Shown piece after piece: positions 27,393 to 36,743 of a stretch of DNA of 39,330 nucleotides. Position numbers and translations under genes: made by a program. The DNA is from a virus. The notes beneath the pieces are model-generated. The model was not told the DNA's origin, ran no database searches, and saw only the letters and a list, made by a program, of their open reading frames with translations. Location: UHGV virus genome UHGV-0205814. One strand, given 5' to 3'. Position 1 is the stretch's first letter; every line of letters starts with the position of its first letter.

Positions 27393-27632
27393 ATGGAAGA
27401 ATTATTTTTTAAAGATAAAGTGAGTGCAAAAATATTTTATTTAACACAATTAAGTGGAGAAATACAAATGAAATTCTTAGGAATTACTATGGCTCATTAT
27501 ACTAATAAAAAACTAGCTGAAAAATGGAGAGATGAGCAACTAAAAGTCTTAAAAAATTGTGAGCATGGTTTTAAGGACTTGGCTATTGAAAAATTAGAAA
27601 AAATTTATAAAGGAATGGGAGGGAAAATATAA
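27393..27632 (+). CDS. hypothetical early protein
   Basis: 79-aa ORF with RBS AAGGAGGAG. Confidence 0.3.
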   Translation: MEELFFKDKVSAKIFYLTQLSGEIQMKFLGITMAHYTNKKLAEKWRDEQLKVLKNCEHGFKDLAIEKLEKIYKGMGGKI

Positions 27633-27836
27633 ATGGCATACATAGAAAAAGAAATTGGAGAAAAATTAATTGAAAGAATGTATAAATCAGTAACAAAATC
27701 AAATAAAAACTTAGACAAGTTAATAGAAGAAAACGACTTAGCAGGTTATAACACTAAGTTTTTAAGAGGTTTGAAAGAAGGTCAAACTAATTTGTTAAAA
27801 GAATTTATCGTAGAGATAAGAGAATTGGAGGAATAA
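27633..27836 (+). CDS. hypothetical early protein
   Basis: 67-aa ORF whose start abuts the stop of the upstream gene. Confidence 0.3.
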   Translation: MAYIEKEIGEKLIERMYKSVTKSNKNLDKLIEENDLAGYNTKFLRGLKEGQTNLLKEFIVEIRELEE

Positions 27837-28064
27837 AATGCACTGTAAACAATTAAAAAAATATTGGAATAAAATACCTTTCCCAGATGGAATAACACTT
27901 ATAGAAGCTGTGGAAATAATAGAAAAATATATAAAAATGGAGGGTAAAAATGGAATTTAAAAAGGCAAGTTTTTGGCAAGTAATAAAGTACAAAATCAAA
28001 TGGATAATTAATAATATTGATTATTTATTTGATAGATTAGAAGAATTGATGTAGGAGGGAAAAG

Positions 28065-28697
28065 ATGAATATATATGAAAAATTATTAAAAGCACAAGTT
28101 GAATTAAAAGCACCTAAAGGACAATATAACAGTTTTGGAAAATATAAATATAGAAGTTGTGAAGATATATTAGAGGCTTTAAAACCTGTATTAGATAAGT
28201 TTAAATTAACATTATTTATAAGTGATGAAATAGTTGAGGTTGGAGGAAGTTATAAACTAGAAAAAAAAGATGAAACAGTTGAAACTGTTGGCAGAAAATA
28301 TGTAAAAGCTACAATAACTCTTGTAAATATAGAAAAGCCCGATGAAATTATAAAAACATCAGCACTTGCAAGAGAAGAAGAAACAAAAAAGGGAATGGAT
28401 GGCTCACAAATAACAGGAGCAAGTTCATCATATGCAAGAAAATATGCTTTGAATGGTATGTTTATGATAGATGATACAAAAGATAGTGACAGCACTAACA
28501 CACACGGAAAAGAAGAAAAGACAGAAGCAGAAAGAAAAAAAGAAGCAATAGAAGCTATTAACAAACTTGCAGATACAGAAGAAAAAACAGAAAAAGTATT
28601 TGATATGATAGCAAAATTTAATAAAAATAGTTTATTGGATTGCACACCAGAAGAATTAAAAAAAGTATATACAGAAATTAAAAAGAAAGGAATATAG
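28065..28697 (+). CDS. erf: ERF-family single-strand annealing protein (recombinase)
   Basis: N-terminal IYEKLLKAQVELKAPKGQYNSFGKYKYRSCEDILEALKPVL and GASSSYARKYALNGMF resemble the Erf core. K/E-rich C-tail. Directly followed by SSB. Confidence 0.55.
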   Translation: MNIYEKLLKAQVELKAPKGQYNSFGKYKYRSCEDILEALKPVLDKFKLTLFISDEIVEVGGSYKLEKKDETVETVGRKYVKATITLVNIEKPDEIIKTSALAREEETKKGMDGSQITGASSSYARKYALNGMFMIDDTKDSDSTNTHGKEEKTEAERKKEAIEAINKLADTEEKTEKVFDMIAKFNKNSLLDCTPEELKKVYTEIKKKGI

Positions 28698-28700
28698 AAA

Positions 28701-29078
28701 ATGAATATAGTAATTTTAAAAGGTAGGCTAACAAAAGATGTTAGTCTACTGTTTGGACAATCTGGAACACCTTATACAAGTTTCATAGTTGCAGTAAATA
28801 GATATAGCAAGGATAAAGATTTAACAGACTTTGTACTATGCACTGCATTTAACAAAACGGCAGAATTTGTTGCTGAATATTTTAGAAAAGGGCAAGAAAT
28901 ACTGATAAAAGGTAATGTAAAAGTTGATAGTTATGAGAAAGATGGTAATAAAATAACTAGGCAATACATTATTGTAGAAAATGCTGAATTTGTTGGAAGT
29001 AAGAAAGAAGATGAAAATAGTATAAAAGATAATTCAGAAGCAACAGTAGATAATATTGATGATGAATTTCCTTTTTAA
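28701..29078 (+). CDS. ssb: single-stranded DNA-binding protein
   Basis: OB-fold N-terminus (MNIVILKGRLTKDV...) and an acidic C-terminal tail ending DDEFPF, the hallmark of SSB. Confidence 0.75.
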   Translation: MNIVILKGRLTKDVSLLFGQSGTPYTSFIVAVNRYSKDKDLTDFVLCTAFNKTAEFVAEYFRKGQEILIKGNVKVDSYEKDGNKITRQYIIVENAEFVGSKKEDENSIKDNSEATVDNIDDEFPF

Positions 29079-29101
29079 AAAAATATGATAGGGGTAATTA
29101 A

Positions 29102-29824
29102 ATGGAGAAATTAGGATACACAAGACAGACACAGAAATTAATATATTGGCTTTTAGACGACTTTGCTAACTTTTGGCAAGGAAATGAAGCAGGAGCAAGA
29201 CCATCGTTTATAGAACTCGCATACACAAAGCAACTTATGAAGAGAGAGTTTACTAAAATCTATGATGGATTTGATACTGTTAAAAATGCTCAAGCATTCC
29301 TAATTTCTTCTATCTACAATAAGGATAACCTAACAGTAGATGAACTCACAGACAATGTTATAAAGGCATTACAGAGCCTAGCAATTCAAAATGGTGGATT
29401 TAGTTTATCACTTAATTCACTAACTCAAAAACAAGCCAATGATTTTGTTAAGTGGCTATTTGAAATGGCTATTTACTGGGAAATACCTTTAAGACAAGAA
29501 ATAAGAGATTTGTTTGCTGAGGATTATCAAGATACATTTATATGGGTAACTCTCAAAAAAAAGATTTGTTGTATCTGTGGAAAACCAGGAGAGTTACAGC
29601 ATTTTGATAGAGTTGGAACAAGTGGATATAAATCAGATACAGGGCTAAATTATCGTGTAATGTGCTTATGTAGAGAGCACCACAATGAAGCTGATAACTG
29701 TATAAGTAGAATGGACTTTATGAAGAAATATCATCTTGCTGGGATATATCTAAGTCCAGAACAAGTAAAAGAATTGAAGAAAATATATAAAGGACACTTT
29801 CAAGCTTTTAAGGAGGAGAAATGA
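29102..29824 (+). CDS. Cys/His-rich protein, possible HNH/zinc-binding nuclease domain
   Basis: C-terminal CCICGKPGELQHFDRVGTSGYKSDTGLNYRVMCLCREHHNEADNC cluster. Confidence 0.35.
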   Translation: MEKLGYTRQTQKLIYWLLDDFANFWQGNEAGARPSFIELAYTKQLMKREFTKIYDGFDTVKNAQAFLISSIYNKDNLTVDELTDNVIKALQSLAIQNGGFSLSLNSLTQKQANDFVKWLFEMAIYWEIPLRQEIRDLFAEDYQDTFIWVTLKKKICCICGKPGELQHFDRVGTSGYKSDTGLNYRVMCLCREHHNEADNCISRMDFMKKYHLAGIYLSPEQVKELKKIYKGHFQAFKEEK

Positions 29825-30099
29825 AAATAAAAGAATATGCAACTGAAAGGATAAAAGATATTCAAGAATTTTTAAAAGGAGATGGAATTGAAGAAAGTAT
29901 AAGAAGAAATAATTATTCTGTTATAGAAATTCTTGAATATATAGAAGATATGTGTATGGCAGAAGTAAAAGAAACATTAGAAAGATTTGAAAAAAAATTT
30001 GAAATTTATTATGAAAGAAATGGCTTTGATGAAATTTCTGATGAGTATATGCAGCAAATAGAAGCTTTAAAGTCAGTAGTAATTATGTGTAAGGAATAA
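29821..30099 (+). CDS. hypothetical protein
   Basis: 92-aa acidic ORF. Overlaps the upstream stop (ATGA). Confidence 0.3.
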   Translation: MKIKEYATERIKDIQEFLKGDGIEESIRRNNYSVIEILEYIEDMCMAEVKETLERFEKKFEIYYERNGFDEISDEYMQQIEALKSVVIMCKE

Positions 30100-30290
30100 C
30101 GACTATTTCTATTTTGGAAACAGTCTGAAAATAAAGAGGTTACTATGAGTAAAGAAATGGAAATATTTTATAAAAAAGCTCTAAAAAAGATATTAAGTTT
30201 TAAGGCTAATGAATTAACAATGGAAGAATTTACACAGGTTAAGAGATATGCTGAGAAGCTAGAAGTTTATAGATTTGTGAGGAGGAAGTA

Positions 30291-30569
30291 ATGAATTTAG
30301 ATAAAAAATATGTAGATAAAGTTTTAAAAATTATGGAACTTGCTATTAAAAAGACTATTCCATGTAAAAGGGATGTTTTTGTTGAATTTAGTGCACATGT
30401 AGGAACATTTCATGTAAGTATTTATAAAAATGGTTGGAGTACAAAAAAAGAAGCAGATTTTACAAAAGACCATGTTTACTTAGATGATGAAACAATATTT
30501 TGTGAAGAACATAAAAAAATGTTAGAAAAAGAATTAGATGAGATTATAAAAGTAATTGAAGAATTATAG
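30291..30569 (+). CDS. hypothetical protein
   Basis: 92-aa ORF with RBS GAGGAGGAAG. Confidence 0.3.
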   Translation: MNLDKKYVDKVLKIMELAIKKTIPCKRDVFVEFSAHVGTFHVSIYKNGWSTKKEADFTKDHVYLDDETIFCEEHKKMLEKELDEIIKVIEEL

Positions 30570-30577
30570 GAGGAGCA

Positions 30578-31084
30578 ATGGAAAAAGAAAAAGTATTAGA
30601 GATAGAAAGTCAAGAGGTATTTGATAGAGTAGCAATAAGAATTAAATATCAAAATTTTGAAGTATTAAAAAGAGGAGAGTTTGAAGTTAGAGGAATAGGA
30701 GTTATTAGTTCTAACAATCCTTGTTATTTATCATATCCATATAATCAATTATGTTTAAAAGGTAAATTTAAAATAGATGATAATTTTGTTTTTACAGTAA
30801 CAAAAGAAGAATTTGAAAATATAAAAAATATGGTTGAAGCAATCAACGAAAAATATGGAATACCTAAGAGATGGAGAGCAGAAGAAGCTGGGGACAATTA
30901 TTTTTATATATCAGGAACAGGTGAAATAAGAATAGACGAAGAAGGTGGAGGAGAAGAAGATTATTTGAGATATGAACTTGGTAATTATTTCAAAACAGAT
31001 GAGGAAGCTAGAAAAATTATAAATAGCAAAGAATGGCAAGACTTCTGGGCTAAGGTAAGAGCAGGAGAGATTGGAAATGATTAA
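30578..31084 (+). CDS. hypothetical protein
   Basis: 168-aa ORF with RBS AGGAGGAG. Overlaps the downstream PAPS-reductase-like gene. Confidence 0.3.
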   Translation: MEKEKVLEIESQEVFDRVAIRIKYQNFEVLKRGEFEVRGIGVISSNNPCYLSYPYNQLCLKGKFKIDDNFVFTVTKEEFENIKNMVEAINEKYGIPKRWRAEEAGDNYFYISGTGEIRIDEEGGGEEDYLRYELGNYFKTDEEARKIINSKEWQDFWAKVRAGEIGND

Positions 31085-31784
31085 ACATATAGTTAGTTTT
31101 AGTGGTGGAAAAGATAGCACTGCAATGCTTTTAATGATGTTAGAAAAAGGATTACAAATAGATGACATTGTATTTATAGATACTGGTGTAGAGTTTTCAG
31201 AAATGTATGAGCATATTGAAAAAGTTGAAAAGTACATAAATCATAAAGTAACAAGATTAAGAGCAGAGAAGAGTTTTGAATATATGTTACTTGAGTATGA
31301 AAAGAAGAAAGGTAAAAACAAAGGACAAAAAGGATATTCTTTTCCAGATTTTAGGAATAGATGGTGTACTAAGTATTTCAAGCAAAGAGTTATTAAAAAA
31401 TACTTAAAAGAAAAATACAAAGGTTTTAAAATAGTTGAATATCACGGAATAGCAATAGATGAGCCAAAAAGACTTGAGAAGAATAAGAACAAAAATATAA
31501 AATATCCACTTGCAGAATGGGGCATAACTGAGCAAGAAGCACTAGAATATTGTTATAGTAAAGGTTTTAGCTGGAATGGGTTATATAAGAAATTTCATAG
31601 AGTTTCTTGCTGGTGTTGTCCTCTTAAAAGTTTAAGAGAATTAAAAGTACTATATAAAGAATATCCAGAATATTTTAAAAAATTGGAAGAATGGGAAAGC
31701 AAGACATATAGAAAATTCAGGGCTGATTATAGTATTAAAGAATTAGGGATTAGATTTGCCAGAGAGATTGGAGGAGATGAATAA
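31071..31784 (+). CDS. PAPS reductase-like PP-loop ATP pyrophosphatase (phage type)
   Basis: N-terminal PP-loop SFSGGKDSTAML. Downstream RWCT and C-terminal VSCWCCPLKS cysteine cluster, as in phage PAPS-reductase-family proteins. Confidence 0.65.
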   Translation: MEMIKHIVSFSGGKDSTAMLLMMLEKGLQIDDIVFIDTGVEFSEMYEHIEKVEKYINHKVTRLRAEKSFEYMLLEYEKKKGKNKGQKGYSFPDFRNRWCTKYFKQRVIKKYLKEKYKGFKIVEYHGIAIDEPKRLEKNKNKNIKYPLAEWGITEQEALEYCYSKGFSWNGLYKKFHRVSCWCCPLKSLRELKVLYKEYPEYFKKLEEWESKTYRKFRADYSIKELGIRFAREIGGDE

Positions 31785-32026
31785 TGAGTAAATATAAAGT
31801 CGGGTTTTTAGTAAATAGTAATGCTAATGCTTTTAGTACAACAGCAGAAGTTATAGATTTAGTTAATGATTATGGTTATTCAGAAGAAGAAGCAAAAGAA
31901 ATTATAGAAGATGAAAATAAACTAGATGATTTATTTAAAGAATGGTTGTGGGAAACTATTGAAACAGGTTATAAAGTTTTAAAAACAAATGAAGAAACAG
32001 AAGAATGGAAAGGTCTAAATGATTAA
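31784..32026 (+). CDS. hypothetical acidic protein
   Basis: 80-aa ORF. ATGA overlap with the upstream gene. Confidence 0.3.
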   Translation: MSKYKVGFLVNSNANAFSTTAEVIDLVNDYGYSEEEAKEIIEDENKLDDLFKEWLWETIETGYKVLKTNEETEEWKGLND

Positions 32027-32035
32027 AAATGGAGG

Positions 32036-32260
32036 TTGAAAATGTGGAAGTGTAAAAAATGCAGAGGAACTAAATTTAAAGTAGAAATAGATGGTTATAT
32101 AGAATTAGATTTAAAAGAAAATGGAGATTTTGATTATAAAAAAGATACATTAAATGTTAGAAATGTTCATCCATATATTAGTTGTTGTAAATGTGGCAAT
32201 GAAGATGAAAAATTAGAAGAAATAGCAGAATGGAAGGAGGATGAAAATGAGAGAGATTAA
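32036..32260 (+). CDS. small zinc-ribbon protein
   Basis: Two CxxC pairs (CKKCRG ... CCKCGN) in 74 aa. Confidence 0.4.
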   Translation: MKMWKCKKCRGTKFKVEIDGYIELDLKENGDFDYKKDTLNVRNVHPYISCCKCGNEDEKLEEIAEWKEDENERD

Positions 32261-32639
32261 ATTTAGAGCTTGGCATAAAGAAAAAAAAGAAATAGTTGAT
32301 GCAGAAGAAATTGACTTTATGAATAAAGTGATTAATTATATTGATAATGATTATGAAAATAATAGACAAGAAATAAGAGGAGCTTACTTTGAAGATATTG
32401 AACTTATGCAATACACAGGATTAAAGGATATGAGGGAAAAAGAAATTTATGAGGGAGATATTGTAAAACTTAGAGCTAATCACGGAATTGGAGTAATTAA
32501 ATATTATGATGAATGGGGAGCTTTTATTGTTGAATATATTAAACCTAGACCATTAGCAGTATTGGGAATGAATTACTATAAAGAAGATATAGAAGTATTA
32601 GGAAATATTTATGAAAACCCAGAATTGATAAAGGAGTGA
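32241..32639 (+). CDS. YopX-family protein
   Basis: N-terminal IKFRAW motif and YTGLKDMREKEIYEGDIV segment, characteristic of YopX. Confidence 0.6.
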   Translation: MKMREIKFRAWHKEKKEIVDAEEIDFMNKVINYIDNDYENNRQEIRGAYFEDIELMQYTGLKDMREKEIYEGDIVKLRANHGIGVIKYYDEWGAFIVEYIKPRPLAVLGMNYYKEDIEVLGNIYENPELIKE

Positions 32640-32643
32640 GATA

Positions 32644-33174
32644 ATGGAATTTAAAAGACCAGAAACTTTTGAAGATATATTAAAATTACAAAAATATTTA
32701 GATGAAAATATACATAGTTCTAGAGAAAGAACAGAAGAAGATATAAAAACTTCTATGGTAGCAGAGTTGATAGAGTTTAACGAAGAAACAAAAGAAAGTC
32801 ATAAAACTTGGAAAACTAAAGAATACAACAAAGCTAAGGAACTTGAAGAATTAACAGATGTTTACTTCTTCTTTGCACAACTTGTTAATCATAGATTTAA
32901 AAGTTATAAAGAAAAAAGAATAGAAGAAGATTTGCAAGAACTTGAAAGAATATTAGAAAAGAAAAATAATATAATTCTTAGAGATATGGAGTTATGTTAT
33001 GAAATGCTATTAAATTATATTATAAGAAATTTAATAATAGGAAGTAATACATATATACTTGAATTATTAAAAGCTTTAGCAATTCGTTATGGTTACACAA
33101 AAGATGACATATTAAACTGCTACTGGGAAAAGTGGCAAAAGAATATGCAAAGAATTGGGAAGGAGTGGAATTGA
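32644..33174 (+). CDS. all-alpha NTP pyrophosphohydrolase (dimeric dUTPase / MazG-like)
   Basis: Helical protein with acidic clusters (EEDIKTSMVAELIEFNEETKE, EELTDVYFFFAQLVNH) resembling dimeric dUTPase/MazG metal-binding helices. Confidence 0.4.
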   Translation: MEFKRPETFEDILKLQKYLDENIHSSRERTEEDIKTSMVAELIEFNEETKESHKTWKTKEYNKAKELEELTDVYFFFAQLVNHRFKSYKEKRIEEDLQELERILEKKNNIILRDMELCYEMLLNYIIRNLIIGSNTYILELLKALAIRYGYTKDDILNCYWEKWQKNMQRIGKEWN

Positions 33175-33297
33175 TGATATTTTTATTAACAGTATTAATG
33201 GATTGTATTTTTGATAAAGATTTAAGTATTTGGATATACTTATTAAGTTTCTTGATAGATATGGAAATAATAAATTATATATGGGAAAGGAGATAAG

Positions 33298-33489
33298 ATG
33301 TCAATAATAAAAATATCAAAAGCATTTGAGTTAGTAAAAGATAAAGGTGTTAGTAAAGGTAGTTTGTGTTGGTATATTCAAACTGGCAAAATACCTAAGT
33401 GCTTTTATAAAAAAGATGAGGATAAGTTAAGAGGAGATTATTTAATAGATGAAGCTGAACTTTGTAAATTCTTTGGAGTAGAAAAATAA
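33298..33489 (+). CDS. xis: excisionase (Xis / AlpA-like HTH)
   Basis: 63 aa. Helix-turn-helix (ISKAFELVKDKGVSKGSLCWYIQTGKIP) immediately upstream of the integrase. Confidence 0.5.
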   Translation: MSIIKISKAFELVKDKGVSKGSLCWYIQTGKIPKCFYKKDEDKLRGDYLIDEAELCKFFGVEK

Positions 33490-33526
33490 TCTCAAAAAAA
33501 TATAAAAAAAGGAGGTGTAGTTTATA

Positions 33527-34594
33527 ATGAAGGCTAGTAATGGAATGGGAACAATAGTTAAATTAAGTGGAAAAAGAAGAAAACCTTATGCTTTAAAAGG
33601 ACAAGGTGTATACACTGAAAAAGGTTATTATCAACCATTGATTGAAACGTTTACCACTAAGAAAGAAGCTGAAGCATTTAGAATAGCATATTTTAATAAT
33701 AAGATTTTAGAAGATAAGGCAAAAGGAATAGAGAACGTTAAGGAACAAAAAGCGTTATTATTTGAAGATTTGTATAAAATATGGCTTGAAAATAAAAAGC
33801 CTGCTAAAACTTCATTAAGAAATTACACCTCATATTTTAGTAATAGTAAAAAGCTTCATAAGTTAGATATAAAAAATATAAATGGGATCTTATTACAAAA
33901 GATTTTAAATGAACTTGATTTGAGTAAAGGTACTCTAAGAAATTTAAAATCTTTCTGGAAACAATTATTTGACTTCGCACTATTAAACGATTTTTGCCAA
34001 AAAGAATATGTTAGTTTTTTGAAGCTTCCAGCTGAAGAAAAAGGAAAGAAAACAAGTGATAGAAATAGAATATTTACAGCAGAAGATTTACAAAGACTAT
34101 GGGATAATCTTTATAAAGATATTGATAGATTTAAAATACTAGATATTATATTAGTTGATTGTTATACTGGATTAAGACCTAGCGAACTTTTAAATATAAA
34201 AAATGAAAGAGTTTTTCTTGAAGAAAGATATATTGATATTACAAAATCTAAAAGTAAAGCAGGTATAAGAAAACTTCCTATTTCTGATAAAATATATGAT
34301 ATAATTAAAAAAAGATATGATCCTGATGAAGAATTTTTATTCACTAGATATGATGGAGCTAAATTAACATATGATACTTATGATTATGAGTTTAGAGAAC
34401 TTATGAAAGATTTAGGAATAGATTATCATACAGCTCACGATTGTAGACATACATTTGCAACATTATTATCTAACGCAGAAATAGACAAAGAAATAATTAT
34501 AAAATTAACAGGGCATAGTAGTTATAAAATAACATCTGAAAAATATATTCATAAGACATTAAAAAACTATCGTGATGCAATTAATAAAATATAA
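33527..34594 (+). CDS. int: tyrosine site-specific integrase
   Basis: N-terminal arm-type DNA-binding domain (GTIVKLSGKRRKPYALKG). Catalytic residues R (LRPSEL), HxxR (HDCRHTFAT) and Y (GHSSYKITSEKYIH). Confidence 0.85.
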   Translation: MKASNGMGTIVKLSGKRRKPYALKGQGVYTEKGYYQPLIETFTTKKEAEAFRIAYFNNKILEDKAKGIENVKEQKALLFEDLYKIWLENKKPAKTSLRNYTSYFSNSKKLHKLDIKNINGILLQKILNELDLSKGTLRNLKSFWKQLFDFALLNDFCQKEYVSFLKLPAEEKGKKTSDRNRIFTAEDLQRLWDNLYKDIDRFKILDIILVDCYTGLRPSELLNIKNERVFLEERYIDITKSKSKAGIRKLPISDKIYDIIKKRYDPDEEFLFTRYDGAKLTYDTYDYEFRELMKDLGIDYHTAHDCRHTFATLLSNAEIDKEIIIKLTGHSSYKITSEKYIHKTLKNYRDAINKI

Positions 34595-34913
34595 TTTGTT
34601 ACTTATTCGTTATTTATTAATTATTTTTATATAATTTTATCTACACAATAAGTTTTGAATTTATGCTATATAGAGATGTTAAAAAAGCAATTATGAATTA
34701 TAGTTTAATTTCTACAAAAAAGCCCGAACTTGAAAAAAGTTGAGGGCTTTTTTGTTGATGGAGTATATTTTTGTTATTTATTTGTTATTTATTAAAAATT
34801 ATTATTTTAAAATATTTTTAAATAACTTGTGTTAGATAACAAACTTAGATTATAAATAACAGATGTTAGATAACAATTTTATGATATAATAAAAATAAAA
34901 AAAGGAGTATATT
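34595..34913. other. candidate attP / integrase arm-site region
   Basis: ORF-free, AT-rich. Two copies of the palindromic element TGTTAGATAACA (34828-34839, 34866-34877) plus TTGTTATTTA tandem copies and TGTTA half-sites. Lies between int and the lysis-side genes. Confidence 0.4.
34716..34756 (+). terminator. Rho-independent terminator after int
   Basis: Stem AGCCCgAACTT / AAGTTgaGGGCT with a GAAAA loop, followed by TTTTTTG. An A-tract upstream allows bidirectional function. Confidence 0.55.
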
Positions 34914-35342
34914 ATGATAATAAATAGTAAAGAATATTTTATAGGACATACCTTTCCAGAACAAATTAGAATCGATACACAGTTTAGAATAGAAGAGTTA
35001 AGAGAGTTTTATAATCACAAAGCAGATGCAATTAAAAAATTTTTGAAAGTAAGAAAACTTGAAACAGATGATAGAAACGAAATCAAAATAATAGATGAAA
35101 TTTTTGGTGCTTTGATTTCAATTACTAATTCTAATAATTTTATAAAAGTTGAACATTTACCAGTTTTGAGTGATGGAGAGGATAGAGAAAGAGTGAATAT
35201 AATCATAAATACAGCCAATCAAAAAGCAGAAGAATTAGGCTTAGATTTAAAATATGATATTTTCAGTATTATAAAATCGATAGAAGAACAAATAATAATA
35301 TATTGTCAAAATAATTTCTTAAAACAAACTATACTTAGATAA
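34914..35342 (+). CDS. hypothetical protein
   Basis: 142-aa ORF with RBS AAAGGAG. Convergent with the minus-strand cassette. Confidence 0.3.
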   Translation: MIINSKEYFIGHTFPEQIRIDTQFRIEELREFYNHKADAIKKFLKVRKLETDDRNEIKIIDEIFGALISITNSNNFIKVEHLPVLSDGEDRERVNIIINTANQKAEELGLDLKYDIFSIIKSIEEQIIIYCQNNFLKQTILR

Positions 35343-35385
35343 AAACGAATAAAAGCCCAGCTAATAACTGGACTTTTTTATTACA
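35343..35385. terminator. bidirectional terminator between convergent genes
   Basis: Hairpin AGCCCAG-ctaataa-CTGGACT flanked by an A-tract and a T-tract (TTTTTTATT). Confidence 0.4.
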
Positions 35386-35579
35386 TTTTCTCTTTTCTTT
35401 ATAAAACTTTCAATCTCTTTTAAATCTTCTAAATTAGCATATTTCAAAATGAAATTTTTAGCATTGCTTTTATAATTTGATATTTTTTTCTTTTCTCTTG
35501 CTTCTTTATTATTTTTAAGATAACGATTATTGGCTGCAACTTGCTCCTCAGATTTTTTATATCCTTTTCTTTTTTCCAT
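35361..35579 (-). CDS. small highly basic protein
   Basis: 72 aa, K/R/N-rich (pI clearly basic). Confidence 0.3.
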   Translation of the reverse strand: MEKRKGYKKSEEQVAANNRYLKNNKEAREKKKISNYKSNAKNFILKYANLEDLKEIESFIKKRENVIKKSSY

Positions 35580-35587
35580 ATATACTC

Positions 35588-35956
35588 CTACTTAATACTT
35601 TCAAAATTTTTTTTAAATTCTTCTTCTAAATTAGTTAAAGTATTTATAAATTGACTTAAATTTTTAACATTAATTCTTTTTACTTTTTTTTCACAATTCT
35701 TTTTTTGGATTAAATCAATATAGTTATAATTATCAAGAGTTGAAAATCTAAACTCAGTAAAATCAGTCCAATTTTCGTATAAATAGATATATTCAAAACT
35801 TTTATTTTCAAATTGTGCGAATAAATCTTCTAATTTTGTCCCTTCGTATTCGTTTTTTACAGTTAAATCATTATTAAATACTTTTAAAGTACAATCAGTT
35901 ATTTCAAAATCCAACCCTTCTAATTTTTCAAAAGCTTCTTTAATAGTTAAACTCAT
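35588..35956 (-). CDS. hypothetical protein
   Basis: 122-aa ORF with RBS AGGAGGAA. Confidence 0.3.
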   Translation of the reverse strand: MSLTIKEAFEKLEGLDFEITDCTLKVFNNDLTVKNEYEGTKLEDLFAQFENKSFEYIYLYENWTDFTEFRFSTLDNYNYIDLIQKKNCEKKVKRINVKNLSQFINTLTNLEEEFKKNFESIK

Positions 35957-36001
35957 TTTAATTCCTCCTTTTTTATTTTAAAGCTGAAATATTTCATCCA
36001 G

Positions 36002-36412
36002 CTATTTAGTCCAACCTAGTGCGATTTCAGTATCGTTTTGTTCTTTTGCTATTTCCATTAAACTTTCAAAAGTATCATCTTTTTCAAAATGAAAATCTTC
36101 AAAATCGTTTTTAAAAATATAAGTTTTAAAATATTTTCTATTTAATTTAACTGCGTGAGCATTTAAACCTAAATCATAGTTATGCACTCTAACAATGTTC
36201 CATTCTTTTAAATAAACTACTTTGTTATTTCCAACAACTAAAACGAAATTATCTTTTATAAATTTCACATTACCAGTAACTATTATAATTTCATCTTCAT
36301 TTAAAATGTGATTAAATTTAAAGTATTTGTTAGAAGTTTTTTTAACTTCTCCAAAAAATTTACTTATTTGTTCTTCTTTCATTTCCTTTAAAAATTCACT
36401 ATATTTACTCAT
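36002..36412 (-). CDS. hypothetical protein (first gene of moron cassette)
   Basis: 136-aa ORF with RBS AGGAGGA. Its promoter region contains a perfect palindrome. Confidence 0.3.
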   Translation of the reverse strand: MSKYSEFLKEMKEEQISKFFGEVKKTSNKYFKFNHILNEDEIIIVTGNVKFIKDNFVLVVGNNKVVYLKEWNIVRVHNYDLGLNAHAVKLNRKYFKTYIFKNDFEDFHFEKDDTFESLMEIAKEQNDTEIALGWTK

Positions 36413-36447
36413 TTTAGATCCTCCTAAATTTCTTTTATCTTTATGAT

Positions 36448-36474
36448 ATGATTATATCATAATCATATGATTAT
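36448..36474. promoter_or_regulatory. operator-like palindrome ATGATTAT-atc-ATAATCATATGATTAT
   Basis: Perfect 16-bp palindrome ATAATCATATGATTAT (36459-36474) plus a third half-site (36448-36455). 36-60 nt upstream of the 36412 start codon. Confidence 0.45.
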
Positions 36475-36514
36475 GTAAATGCTTTTTTTTAAATATTTTT
36501 TTAAAATTTTAAAC

Positions 36515-36550
36515 AATAAAAAAATAGGGGCAGGACAAAATCCTACCCCA
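36515..36550 (-). terminator. Rho-independent terminator after the XhlA-like gene
   Basis: On the minus strand: stem GGGGTAGGA/TCCTGCCCC (one mismatch), then TTTTTTTATTG. Confidence 0.45.
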
Positions 36551-36739
36551 TTACTTTATAAATTTTTTAATCTCCTCCATGTCTTTTTTTAATTCTGACT
36601 GCTCTTTCTGTATTGCTTCTAGTAAATCAGCCATTCTCTGCATAGTATTTTTATACATTTCAAAAGTACTTTTATCTTTCCATAAAAAATACAATAAAAT
36701 AGCCCCTACCACACCGTACTCAAGTAAAGTCTTTTCCAT
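36551..36739 (-). CDS. XhlA-like small membrane protein (lysis-associated)
   Basis: 62 aa. N-terminal TM helix (YGVVGAILLYFLW) plus a C-terminal coiled coil. Sits in the lysis cassette. Confidence 0.45.
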   Translation of the reverse strand: MEKTLLEYGVVGAILLYFLWKDKSTFEMYKNTMQRMADLLEAIQKEQSELKKDMEEIKKFIK

Positions 36740-36743
36740 AATA

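Noticed and set aside
28250-28645. Minus-strand ORFs inside plus-strand early genes (28250-28645, 30911-31237, 32178-32411, 34162-34344, 35015-35218)
   Set aside because: Antisense to well-supported genes (erf, PAPS-reductase-like, zinc-ribbon/YopX, int, 34914-35342). Products are S/F/I-rich junk-like sequences.
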